DNA of 64,000 nucleotides from a virus: IMG/VR virus record IMGVR_UViG_3300020204_000007, positions 1 to 64,000 of that record; one strand, 5' to 3'. Shown piece by piece: positions 29,392 to 38,594 of this stretch (position 1 is its first letter; each line of letters starts with the position of its first letter). The notes under the pieces were generated by a model. It saw only the letters and a program-made list of their open reading frames with translations, ran no database searches and was not told where the DNA came from. The position numbers and the translations under genes were made by a program.

Positions 29392-29934
29392 CTTAATACC
29401 AAGGCTGACAGCTTTTTCTTTTACTTGAAATCCAGACTCCAACCAAAGTGGTCCGTAGATTCTAATCCCAGCATTAACTAAATAGTCTAAATCTTCACTT
29501 GGAAGAGTGCTTAAAACTTTATCTATTGGTTTTTGTACAGAAAATCCCACAGAATATTTTGACTGATTATATTTTTCAGTAATTTCAGTTTCTTTTTTAA
29601 GGTTTTCTTTTTCTTTAGTTTCTTTTGATTCTTTTTTCTCTTTTTGTTTCTTTTCTTTTTCTTTTTCAGAAGTTTTTGATTCTTCGCTAGTTGTTTCTTC
29701 GACTTCGCCGTTGGGTTTTGTTACACGAGTTGTGGTTTTCTTTTGCCATTTTTTAGATTCATATTCTCTTTTTAGTTTTTCTTTTTCTTCGGCGATAATC
29801 TTTTCTGTTTTTTCTTTATCAATAGTTACGACTTCTTTGATTTGAACATCTGGTTTTGGTTTATTGCCATATCCAATTGCATAACCACCAATTAAAGCGA
29901 CAACGCCAATGATTAGATATTTTTTATCAAACAT
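29380..29934 (-). CDS. Spanin-position membrane protein: N-terminal TM, charged coiled coil, C-terminal beta strands ending in Phe (about 184 aa)
   Basis: Start MFDKKYLIIGVVALIGGYAIGYG overlaps the endolysin stop; Lys/Glu-rich middle; C-terminus KYSVGFSVQ..YLVNAGIRIYGPLWLESGFQ..AVSLGIKLEF. Confidence 0.55.
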   Translation of the reverse strand: MFDKKYLIIGVVALIGGYAIGYGNKPKPDVQIKEVVTIDKEKTEKIIAEEKEKLKREYESKKWQKKTTTRVTKPNGEVEETTSEESKTSEKEKEKKQKEKKESKETKEKENLKKETEITEKYNQSKYSVGFSVQKPIDKVLSTLPSEDLDYLVNAGIRIYGPLWLESGFQVKEKAVSLGIKLEF

Positions 29935-30370
29935 AAGGATTATTCTTTTGTAAATCGCGCCATGATAAATTTTGAGGATTATATTCAAAGTGGGCGGTTT
30001 CTTTGAATTTTTTCCAATTACCAGCCCACCTTAAACCTTGTGGTTCTAGTTCGGTCTTAACTAACCCCCATACTTTTTTATAAAGCTTTTCGTCCCAAAC
30101 AATATTTCCAGTTTTATCTACAAAATGAAAATCTGCCGCAATTCTATAATTATGCGTAGACTGACCACCTTTGGCATTTGTTACAATTTTCCCTGGCTCA
30201 GTTCTGCCAAGAGCATATAATTTATCTTGGTCTTCCGATGAACGATAACAAGAATGGCATTGCATATTAAGATTATTTTTATGTGCTATTTCTAGCATTT
30301 TTTCGACAACTTTTTTTGCGGCTGGCATCAAATCTTCAAGAAGTTTTTTTGTTCTTTTGTCCATTTCCAT
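29927..30370 (-). CDS. Endolysin, peptidase M15 (L-Ala-D-Glu endopeptidase, CwlK/Ply500-like)
   Basis: YRSSEDQDKLYALGRTEPGKIVTNAKGGQSTHNYRIAADF..LRWAGNWKKFKETAHFE, with zinc ligands SxHxxxxAxD and HFE. Confidence 0.92.
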   Translation of the reverse strand: MEMDKRTKKLLEDLMPAAKKVVEKMLEIAHKNNLNMQCHSCYRSSEDQDKLYALGRTEPGKIVTNAKGGQSTHNYRIAADFHFVDKTGNIVWDEKLYKKVWGLVKTELEPQGLRWAGNWKKFKETAHFEYNPQNLSWRDLQKNNPYV

Positions 30371-30566
30371 TTGTAATATCCTCTTTAATCATGCGAGGTT
30401 CTTTGTAAGCTTTTTCTACACCATTTACTGCCGCTAAAGCAATAGCAACAGAAGCAATAGAATTAACAACTTCTACATCATTCACAAAGCCTAAAATAGC
30501 CAATAAAGTGATTGTATAAAAAGCTATCGCAGTTCTGCGACAACCATTGAATGGCTTTAATAACAT
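30336..30566 (-). CDS. Putative holin (76 aa, two hydrophobic segments)
   Basis: Two TM-like stretches and a basic C-tail, directly upstream of the endolysin. Confidence 0.6.
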   Translation of the reverse strand: MLLKPFNGCRRTAIAFYTITLLAILGFVNDVEVVNSIASVAIALAAVNGVEKAYKEPRMIKEDITNGNGQKNKKTS

Positions 30567-32713
30567 TATTTTTTCTTTAGTTTTGAAACCATGTTTTTCA
30601 ACTTAGTTACACTACCAAAGCCCTGTTGTTTATAAGGTTTATCATTTATTGTTTTTTGTTCTTTCATATGCTCAGAATAATTACCAATAGTATCTTCTTC
30701 TTTTGGCGGTTGAGCGGTTGCCCCTTCCCGTCGTTTTTCTAAAAACGACGGATTTTTTGCCGCTTGTGCTGATTTTTCCATAGATTTCTCCGTAGGATTT
30801 TTTGTTGATTCTTGTTTTTTAGTTTTTTTTGCTCTTTTTTTGATTTCATCTGCAACGCGACTAGAATCAATATCTTCCTGTGCTTGTATTGGTATACGAT
30901 TAGACAGAAAATCATATTCTCCTGGGACAGAATCTACCACAGATTGTGGTACTTCTTCAATCTTCTTTTTTGAAGTTTTGCCTGCAGACGGAATATGTTC
31001 ATGTGATGGAATTTCAGGTTGACGCGCAGTACTAGCAACTCTATCTCCAGTAATTGTATAAGCATCACCAGTTCTTTTTGTGTTGACAGCTCTTCTGCTC
31101 AAATCTTTTGCCGCTAATTCAGAAGCTACTCTTGAGTTATTGCTCGGATCAAAAAATTGTTTTGATTGTTGTTGTAATTCAGAACGAACTTCAGGAGTAT
31201 CCGGCCTTGGTTCCCACGCATTAACTCCACTAAAAACTGTTTCTCTTGTATCAATTTTCTGTGGTTCAGCTCTGACTGAAGGAGGAGCGCCCGCTCGACT
31301 ATTTGGCATTATTATATCTGCAGCAGCCTGCATAATATTAATTGGTTTTGGAGCAGGTAATGGAGCAAGACCTCTTTTTACTCGTTTTTCATTTTCTGCT
31401 TTAACTTGTTTAGTTTTCTTAGCGTGTAAATGTTCCGCAATAATTTCTGCTAGCTCTAAATGCTTTTCGCTAATTTTATCAGTAAAGGCTCTATTTGGTA
31501 TATCTCTAGCAACTGGGTGTCTTAATCTTAAGCCTTTTATTCCAGATTGTTCCGTTGTATCTTTTCCTTGTTTTTCTGTATCTGCTATAGGATTAGCTGC
31601 AATCCATTTTAATGCTCTAAAATCCGAAAGATGTTCGTGCCTTTTTAAAGGCGGTAGCCCTGTGGCCGCTCTTTTTTGATTTGTTTCATTAAAATGATTT
31701 TCCTCAAAATTATCATCATCAAACAAACTATTTATTTTATTTCTTTCTAATTCAATTGTTAATTTAGGATTATTGATTTTTAAATCATTTATTCTTTCTT
31801 GTATTTCTTTTGTAGTTAATTTTATCTTTTCGTTTCCAGTCAAAAGTTGGCTGTACAGCTTTATAACAGAAGGATCTACTTTTCGTGGAGTTATAACTGT
31901 TTCTGAAGTATCTGGTCTTGCAATATCAAGGCCGGACGGATGATCTAATGCATGGCGACGAGGATGTGTTGGTGCGGGTGTTTTTTTCTTTTCTGCTTCA
32001 GGTAAGTTTTGCCAATTTAAAAATTCTTGGTGACGAGGATGGTCAGGATTTTGAGGATTTTGTGCCCAAAGCTCTTCTTCTCCATTACCCTGCGGCGCTA
32101 ATGATTCCGCAGTATTCAAAAATTCTTCGGCATATTGTTGCGCCGTTTTTCTTGCAGATTCTGGAAGTAACGCATTTCCTGTTTGTTTTACAAAATGTTC
32201 TGCGGCATCGTGTGCATCTCGCCAATCTTTTATTGATTCTCTGTGTGCATCTGCTATTTCGTGCAATTGAGATTCATGTGTAGATTTTACAGGTTCTTGT
32301 TTCAGCTCTTGTTTTGCACTAGCAATTTTTTGTTGTATTGAATTTTTTGCATTTGCCCATTTATCTGCTCTTGTCCCATATGCATCTGCGACCGCTTGAT
32401 TACCTGAATTTTGTCCCAGTTTTGCATAATTTCTAAACATAGATTCAACGGCAGAAGCCAAGGCAGCGGCTTCTTGGTATTTTGATTCATCCATCAGGCG
32501 TTTTACGTGTGAACCTAAGTTTGCATGGTTTTCTGAAGCTGAAAGTGCTGGGTCAAATATGTGATTTTCGCCGCGAGTCAGGCTTATTCCTCCCTTTATT
32601 TTACCAGAGTATAAATCGGCAATTTGTTGTTCTGATAAACCCGCAGCTTTATTTTTTGAAGATGCGACTCTTGCTTTTTCTAGTCTTGATAAATTAATAG
32701 ATGGTTGTTTCAT
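30566..32713 (-). CDS. Large charged protein, possibly an internal head protein (715 aa)
   Basis: Hydrophilic, Lys/Glu/Pro-rich; LEKA near the N-terminus and EKSMEKSA near the C-terminus. Confidence 0.5.
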   Translation of the reverse strand: MKQPSINLSRLEKARVASSKNKAAGLSEQQIADLYSGKIKGGISLTRGENHIFDPALSASENHANLGSHVKRLMDESKYQEAAALASAVESMFRNYAKLGQNSGNQAVADAYGTRADKWANAKNSIQQKIASAKQELKQEPVKSTHESQLHEIADAHRESIKDWRDAHDAAEHFVKQTGNALLPESARKTAQQYAEEFLNTAESLAPQGNGEEELWAQNPQNPDHPRHQEFLNWQNLPEAEKKKTPAPTHPRRHALDHPSGLDIARPDTSETVITPRKVDPSVIKLYSQLLTGNEKIKLTTKEIQERINDLKINNPKLTIELERNKINSLFDDDNFEENHFNETNQKRAATGLPPLKRHEHLSDFRALKWIAANPIADTEKQGKDTTEQSGIKGLRLRHPVARDIPNRAFTDKISEKHLELAEIIAEHLHAKKTKQVKAENEKRVKRGLAPLPAPKPINIMQAAADIIMPNSRAGAPPSVRAEPQKIDTRETVFSGVNAWEPRPDTPEVRSELQQQSKQFFDPSNNSRVASELAAKDLSRRAVNTKRTGDAYTITGDRVASTARQPEIPSHEHIPSAGKTSKKKIEEVPQSVVDSVPGEYDFLSNRIPIQAQEDIDSSRVADEIKKRAKKTKKQESTKNPTEKSMEKSAQAAKNPSFLEKRREGATAQPPKEEDTIGNYSEHMKEQKTINDKPYKQQGFGSVTKLKNMVSKLKKK

Positions 32714-35088
32714 TATTTTCCACCTTCATTTTGCGGATCTTCATTTGTTTCCGTAAATTCTTTTAATTTTTCTTTTAGTCCGGCGTGCCTTCGTTTAAAA
32801 CGAATGTAATCTTCACGATTGTCAGACCTAGCACCCGCCTCTTTGATATACTCTCTATAATACTGGGGACTAATATTAACAATATCTTTAAAACTTCTAG
32901 TAGATCCCACTGGTATTGGTTCTTCGCTAGGAGTTGTGATGGTTTCTGCTGACGTAAACAAATCAGGTGATTCTGGTGGTGTGAATTGAGTAGCAACCGA
33001 TGAATGTGGATTATGCAAATGACTTCTTGGTTGTCCAGTTTTTAATCCCATTAAATTTTTTTCCGAGGCAGTACTATCTTGTGTTTGTTGATCTGTTTTA
33101 AGACCAAAACTTTCTCGAAAAATATCTGCAACTACTCTAGATAAACCCGATTTATCTTCTCCAACCATTGCACCCCATAAAGCTTTTGTTCTAGATTCAG
33201 GATCGGAGTCTTGTGCATCATCAAATTCTATAGTTGAAGTGCCAGAATTTCCGGGGCCATGAATATGGCTTCTAGATTGCATTTGTATTCCGGGCGCGGC
33301 TTTCATCGCTTCACGTTCTTTTTTTATACGATCATAAATATGCGATTTAAAATTAGATAATGGAGTCTGTTCAATTTTATCTTGATTTGCAGCGTTCAGC
33401 ATTTCTTGTAATTTTGTAACTGTCGGATGATTTGCGGCATCACCCGATTGTTTTGTTGAAGAGCCTGGTGACGAATTAAGAAATGTATTAACAGTTCCAA
33501 GAACATCTTGTGTATGTTCTGGAAATTCTGATACAAATTTGATAATATCGCCGCCTACGCCTGTTAACACCCTTTGCCTTACAGAAGGGGCATCATTCCC
33601 TTTTGTCTTCATACGATTTTCCAAATGCTGAAGCATATTTTTAGGATGTTGATCTTTGTAATTTAAACGAAATTCTCGCCCTTCTAGCTGAACAGAAGAT
33701 GGCGTTGCGCTTATTTGTGGATCTGGTTCATTAAGATTGCGTTCTACATATTGCCTAACAACCGGTTTTTTTGCTTTTGATTGAACTGATGCCGGCGTTG
33801 TCGGATTTGTTATTGTTTGTGCTACTGATTGTGTTGCTGGCTTATCGGACGGAAGATCCTTGTCATCTAGATCTATCCCCAAATTATCCCAATCGACTGC
33901 GGCCTTTGTTAAAGATTTATTTATTAAAGGTTTAGAACCAAGTCCTAAAAATTTTCTTTTAGCCATATCTACTTCTGGCTTAGACGCTGCTGGTTTAGGT
34001 TTTGATTGTTTTGTTTTCCAATTAGAAATAAAATTTTTAAATTTTTGTTTGAAACTATCTTTTTGTTTTGACTCATTTTCCTGTATGGGTTTACCATACA
34101 ATTGATGAAATCGATTTAAAATTGTTTTTTTATCATTCGCAGATAACTTAGCATGATTTTGTATTTTATTTGCAAACCCTTTTTTCCATTGTTCCAGCGC
34201 CTCTGAATCTAAATGCTCGTGCATATTTGTAGGTAAAAAAATTGGTTGATCTTCTTTTTTATTATTTAAAAATGACACAGGACCAGAAGGAGAATAATTC
34301 TGATCTTTGGGCGGTGGGGGATATAAAACACTAGATGGAATCGTAGATGGAAGAGCAATGTTATTTTTCTGTTTTTTCCGAGCTTCTTCTCGTTCTTTTT
34401 TCCATTTTTCAGACGGCGGTGCATATTGAATTTTAGGCGTCGATTGTGCGGATAATGGAATATCTTCTTTAAATCCACCAGTATGTATTTTTGCTGAATG
34501 TTCTGGTTCTGTTACAGCCGACATCGTAGACAAGGGAATCGTCCCTGTCGGCGGTAGTGTTGGTGCAGCTTGCTTTGAACTTTTAGGATTTTTTTGTTTT
34601 TTCGTCTTTGATTCTTTTTTAGCTTCCACAGGAGCAGCTGTTGGTTTTGATTCTTTTTTAGCTTCCACAGGAGCAGCTGTCGGTTTTGATTCTTTTTTAG
34701 CTTCCACAGGAGCAGCTGTTGGTTTTGATTCTTTTTTAGCTTCCACAGGAGCAGCTGTCGGTTTTGATTCTTTTTTAGCTTCCACGTTTTGTTGCGTATC
34801 AGCGCCATATAATTCATCAAAATTAGCCGCATCATTTTCAGCAAGAGGCGGTAATTCTTTAGATGATACAGTTTGTTTTGATTCTTTTTTAGCTTCCACA
34901 GGAGCAGCTGTTGGTTTTGTGGTTTTTTGTTTAGAAGAAGTTTTAATTGTTTTAGGTTTTGACGAGGGTTTGTCAGATGGAAGGTTGCTGTCATCTAGTG
35001 CGTCTTGCCAATTGTCTTTTTGTAATAGATCTGATTTTTTATCAGATGTAATCAAAAAACGCATCTTTTTCAAATGATTTAAAACCAT
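32713..35088 (-). CDS. Large low-complexity protein with 13-aa repeats, possibly an internal head protein (791 aa)
   Basis: PTAAPVEAKKESK repeats; duplicated motif LDD..LPSDKP; INKSLTKA. Confidence 0.5.
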   Translation of the reverse strand: MVLNHLKKMRFLITSDKKSDLLQKDNWQDALDDSNLPSDKPSSKPKTIKTSSKQKTTKPTAAPVEAKKESKQTVSSKELPPLAENDAANFDELYGADTQQNVEAKKESKPTAAPVEAKKESKPTAAPVEAKKESKPTAAPVEAKKESKPTAAPVEAKKESKTKKQKNPKSSKQAAPTLPPTGTIPLSTMSAVTEPEHSAKIHTGGFKEDIPLSAQSTPKIQYAPPSEKWKKEREEARKKQKNNIALPSTIPSSVLYPPPPKDQNYSPSGPVSFLNNKKEDQPIFLPTNMHEHLDSEALEQWKKGFANKIQNHAKLSANDKKTILNRFHQLYGKPIQENESKQKDSFKQKFKNFISNWKTKQSKPKPAASKPEVDMAKRKFLGLGSKPLINKSLTKAAVDWDNLGIDLDDKDLPSDKPATQSVAQTITNPTTPASVQSKAKKPVVRQYVERNLNEPDPQISATPSSVQLEGREFRLNYKDQHPKNMLQHLENRMKTKGNDAPSVRQRVLTGVGGDIIKFVSEFPEHTQDVLGTVNTFLNSSPGSSTKQSGDAANHPTVTKLQEMLNAANQDKIEQTPLSNFKSHIYDRIKKEREAMKAAPGIQMQSRSHIHGPGNSGTSTIEFDDAQDSDPESRTKALWGAMVGEDKSGLSRVVADIFRESFGLKTDQQTQDSTASEKNLMGLKTGQPRSHLHNPHSSVATQFTPPESPDLFTSAETITTPSEEPIPVGSTRSFKDIVNISPQYYREYIKEAGARSDNREDYIRFKRRHAGLKEKLKEFTETNEDPQNEGGK
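34607..34917. repeat. 39-bp coding tandem repeat: about 4.5 copies at 34607-34785 plus one detached copy near 34876-34917
   Basis: Unit ttttgattcttttttagcttccacaggagcagctgt[t/c]gg, head to tail with no spacers. Confidence 0.92.
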
Positions 35089-35174
35089 GATTTTGTCCTT
35101 GACTTTTTGTATATTTTAATATATTGTCTTTAAATACTAAAACGTTAATATAAATTATACACCTGGAGTCATCT

Positions 35175-36098
35175 ATGGCAATTGATTTAAATAGAATGAC
35201 ATTTGGCGCTGAACTAGAACTTGGCGATGTTGATACAAAAATTATTTTACCGCCAGGAAATAAATGGTGCGATAAAGATGGATCTATTTGTAATTCCAAC
35301 GGAACCGCAAATGATCCAAAAAAAATCTTCAATCGATATGGTGGCGAAATTCAAATGAAACCAGAAAATTCGCCAGAAGAACTTTTGCATGCAACCAAAG
35401 ATATCTATTCTTTGTTTTCTAAAAAACATTTCAATTATACCACTAATTTACATGTTCATATTAGGGTTCCTGGTCTAAAAGAAGACTTAGATGCATTGAA
35501 GAAAATTACAGAATATTTACGCAAATATGATGAAGAAATTTATGAACTTATAGACCCAAATCCATTTCCAGAACGACAATTAAAATTTTCTAATCCAGAC
35601 TTTTACAACGGAGCAGTCTCTAGGTGGCGAAGAAGAAATAAATCGCATCGCTACCGCGTTTCAGAAAAAGTATATAAATTAATGATGAATGCTAAAACTC
35701 CTCAAGAATTTTACGAAGCCCATGCGCCTAAAAATAGGTTTGGACAGCCCATGTGGCATGTAGTTGTCAGGGCCGGTGTAAATTTAAAGCAGGTGTTTGA
35801 AGACACCGAGACTATTGAATTTAGACATTTCACTATGTCTCCAGATATGAATAAAATGCTTTCGGCCTATAAATGGCCAAAATTATTAATGGAAGCTATT
35901 TTTATTACTGGAGATGCGCCAAAACAAATACTAAAGAAAAATCCAGAATTAGAATTTCAAAAATTTCATGATTATGATCACAATTTAGATAAAATTTTCA
36001 AAAAAACAAATGTTTATCACAATAAACGATCTGTTGTTAGAGAAAATTATAAAACTTTGATTGAAGAAGGACTTATTGATGAGCAATCACTCTACTAA
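35175..36098 (+). CDS. Putative amidoligase (COOH-NH2 ligase, glutamine synthetase/GCS-like fold)
   Basis: TFGAELE, DGSI, GGEI, LHVHI and TIEFRHF motifs in the order expected for Amidoligase_2-type enzymes; GGAG SD. Confidence 0.8.
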   Translation: MAIDLNRMTFGAELELGDVDTKIILPPGNKWCDKDGSICNSNGTANDPKKIFNRYGGEIQMKPENSPEELLHATKDIYSLFSKKHFNYTTNLHVHIRVPGLKEDLDALKKITEYLRKYDEEIYELIDPNPFPERQLKFSNPDFYNGAVSRWRRRNKSHRYRVSEKVYKLMMNAKTPQEFYEAHAPKNRFGQPMWHVVVRAGVNLKQVFEDTETIEFRHFTMSPDMNKMLSAYKWPKLLMEAIFITGDAPKQILKKNPELEFQKFHDYDHNLDKIFKKTNVYHNKRSVVRENYKTLIEEGLIDEQSLY

Positions 36099-36567
36099 TT
36101 CTTGGTCTAGAGCAAAAAAAATATTGTTTATTTGCACAGGCAATAAATTTAGAAGCCCATCTGCAGAACATATTTTAAAAACATTATCGCCGAATCTAGA
36201 GGTAAAATCAGCTGGAACTTCAGCTAATTCTGCCAATAATCATCTGATCGCTAAAAAAATGCGTCGTTGTTTGATTGAAATAGGCTATGAAGAGCCATCA
36301 ATTAAATCGCAACACGTTTCTAAAGAATTACTAGAATGGGCCGATCTTGTGTTTTATATGGCGCCAACTCACATAAAATATTTAACAGAAAACTACCCAG
36401 AATTTGCCATTAAATATCATGGTTTGTATACATTTGATAAAAGCAATGGCTTTGAATTAAATAGAATCGAAGATCCTGCATTTATCAAAAATCATTCAGA
36501 TGTTTTGCAAGTTACTAAATTAATTGAATTATGTGTAAAACGTGCAAAAGAAGTTTTAAACTTCTGA
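36079..36567 (+). CDS. Low-molecular-weight phosphatase family protein (LMW-PTP/ArsC fold)
   Basis: ILFICTGNKFRSPSAE (Cx5R loop), VKSAGT, WADLVFYM, IEDP; overlaps the amidoligase stop; AAGGA SD before ATG 36079. Confidence 0.85.
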   Translation: MSNHSTNSWSRAKKILFICTGNKFRSPSAEHILKTLSPNLEVKSAGTSANSANNHLIAKKMRRCLIEIGYEEPSIKSQHVSKELLEWADLVFYMAPTHIKYLTENYPEFAIKYHGLYTFDKSNGFELNRIEDPAFIKNHSDVLQVTKLIELCVKRAKEVLNF

Positions 36568-36742
36568 CCCAGAAATTTTATTCTTTTGTCGGGCGCCAGT
36601 TGGAATACTCATTCCAGGTGGCGTTGGAATTTTTGGCATTTCTATTTTTAATTTAGGTATTTTTGATTGTTTAGACATTGAAGATACTGTGCCATCTTTT
36701 AATTTATAAAGATGATCTTGAGTCTTTTCCGTTGCAGAAGAC

Positions 36743-37279
36743 TTACTTAATTTCTTGCATAGTTCTAAGATTTCTAACAGCTTCTTCAAGTTCACCTTCT
36801 GTCGCAATCCATGGCGGGACACAAACCATTTTATGTTGTATTTTACCATAATTGATTTGTTTCAAAAACGGTTTTAGCAATTCTTGTTCGTCTTGATGGC
36901 GGTTTTCTTTTAAATATGAAATATTAATAATATTTTTATCGAGCATTCTTGACAAACAGGCCATACAGGGCTGTACACTGACTAGAAATTCGTATTGATG
37001 TCGATGAGGAAATTCATTCATTTTATCAATTAAATCAATTTCTGCATGTCGAATCAAAAACTTTTTACTAGGATTTTTATCAATTGATATTTCGTTTTTT
37101 GCAAAATTATTTGATGCAAAAAAATTAATCAATTTATTTACACCAAAGGCAATGACTGAATTAGTTGAATTGTCTATTGCTATTGCAACAACTTGTACAA
37201 GAGGATCGTCACTGCGTTTTTTAAGGGCTTCAAAGAGGACTTCGGTATTAACTACTGGATAGCTTCCGTAGACAAACAT
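36743..37279 (-). CDS. dCMP deaminase-like zinc-dependent deaminase
   Basis: RSDDP..QV.A, G.N, HAE and PCMAC motifs of the cytidine/dCMP deaminase family. Confidence 0.8.
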   Translation of the reverse strand: MFVYGSYPVVNTEVLFEALKKRSDDPLVQVVAIAIDNSTNSVIAFGVNKLINFFASNNFAKNEISIDKNPSKKFLIRHAEIDLIDKMNEFPHRHQYEFLVSVQPCMACLSRMLDKNIINISYLKENRHQDEQELLKPFLKQINYGKIQHKMVCVPPWIATEGELEEAVRNLRTMQEIK

Positions 37280-37890
37280 TCTTTAATTCCTTGTTGTAGT
37301 TTTTCAACTACTTGTTCGGGTGTATCCTCGAAGTCCACTTTTACTAATGTGACGGGCGCACGGCATAAATCTATAAAATACCCTACGCACATTTTTGCTC
37401 TATCTGTAAACACTTGAACATTGTTAAATGTTAAATCAGGAAGACGCTCTTCTACAATACCAGCATTTTTACGTCTGATAGACAATCGTTCTCTGATTTT
37501 TTCTACGGTAAAGTCATAATGCACTACTACTACACGAATTTCTTCTTTATGGCGATACTCATTGACCATTTCTACCCAACGAGCAGTGGACATTACACCA
37601 TCGACAATAACTGTATCCGAAAGCGCCAGGGCGTCGAAAAAAGCGGTTCTGACAAGAGATGGCGTTGTGATTGAGTCTGTGCCAGAATTTTTATTGCCAA
37701 TCAACACACAATTATCATATTTGACAATACTATATTTTTTCTCAATAACTGCGCCTCTATTAGGCATGCGCTTTTTAACAAAACGTCCTAATTGAGAAAT
37801 TTCTTGCCCGTCACCTTGGCAAAAAGTATTTCTAGTTGTTGTCTTGCCAGTAGCTCCGGCACCCATTAAAAAAATAGCAACTTTAGTCAT
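37252..37890 (-). CDS. P-loop nucleotide kinase of the type found in base-modification loci
   Basis: Walker A GAGATGKTT; LIG..SGTDSI; hhhDG Walker B-like; lid RERLSIRR. Confidence 0.75.
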   Translation of the reverse strand: MTKVAIFLMGAGATGKTTTRNTFCQGDGQEISQLGRFVKKRMPNRGAVIEKKYSIVKYDNCVLIGNKNSGTDSITTPSLVRTAFFDALALSDTVIVDGVMSTARWVEMVNEYRHKEEIRVVVVHYDFTVEKIRERLSIRRKNAGIVEERLPDLTFNNVQVFTDRAKMCVGYFIDLCRAPVTLVKVDFEDTPEQVVEKLQQGIKECLSTEAIQ

Positions 37891-38260
37891 GGAAGCCCTC
37901 TATAAAATCTTGATTAATCTTGTGGCATTTAATACAAACACGATTACCATTATGCGAATAAAATTGAGTATTACAACGTAAACAATTTCGATATTTTGGA
38001 GGGCACGCATTATGCTCTTTAAAGAATTTTTCATCAGCTCTTTTAAGTTCTTCTGTTAATTCTTTATGTCGTTGCTTCCTTCGTACCGAATTTTTCTCTT
38101 TATTGTTTTTAATCTTTTGTATAACAAAATTCCAGTCTAAATTATTTTGGGCAACATAATTTTTAACAAATGATTCTACATCATCCGTTACTGGAACTTC
38201 TAAATTAAAGGCTTTGCAAAATAATTTTAATGTTATTTTAGTTTCATTAATAATCATCAC
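37883..38260 (-). CDS. Hypothetical protein with C-terminal zinc ribbon (125 aa)
   Basis: RNCLRCNTQFYSHNGNRVCIKC. Confidence 0.6.
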   Translation of the reverse strand: MMIINETKITLKLFCKAFNLEVPVTDDVESFVKNYVAQNNLDWNFVIQKIKNNKEKNSVRRKQRHKELTEELKRADEKFFKEHNACPPKYRNCLRCNTQFYSHNGNRVCIKCHKINQDFIEGFHD

Positions 38261-38266
38261 ACGCTC

Positions 38267-38593
38267 TTATTCTAAATCTGCACCCATGTCTACAACACCT
38301 TCTTTTTGCAATAACGAAAGTGCTAGCACTCTTTTAGAATCTGCGAAGTTTTTTGTTTCATTAAATGCACTACGGAATGTCTGCAAAACTTCTTGTGCTG
38401 CTTTGTATTCTGAATTAGATTCCATTTCTTTCTTAGCCTTCAACACATGAGCGTTTTGCTCTGCAACAATTTGCTTCAATTTGTCAGGAGAATATGTTTT
38501 AACCATTTGCAATTCATCGTAAGAATAGTTTTTTACAAATGTTTTTTCAATATCAGAAAGATGGCTGTATTTATTTGACTTGCTTTTCTTCAT
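38267..38593 (-). CDS. Hypothetical helical protein (about 108 aa)
   Basis: GGAGG SD before MKKSK; in the operon. Confidence 0.6.
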   Translation of the reverse strand: MKKSKSNKYSHLSDIEKTFVKNYSYDELQMVKTYSPDKLKQIVAEQNAHVLKAKKEMESNSEYKAAQEVLQTFRSAFNETKNFADSKRVLALSLLQKEGVVDMGADLE

Positions 38594-38594
38594 A

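Noticed and set aside
34607-34917. Possible CRISPR array
   Set aside because: Units are head to tail with no unique spacers, 39 bp in frame within a CDS, and there are no cas genes.
36556-36849. 97-aa ORF from the track
   Set aside because: Overlaps the deaminase by over 100 nt and has no clear SD; at most a 40-aa peptide from 36678 might be real, which I cannot support.
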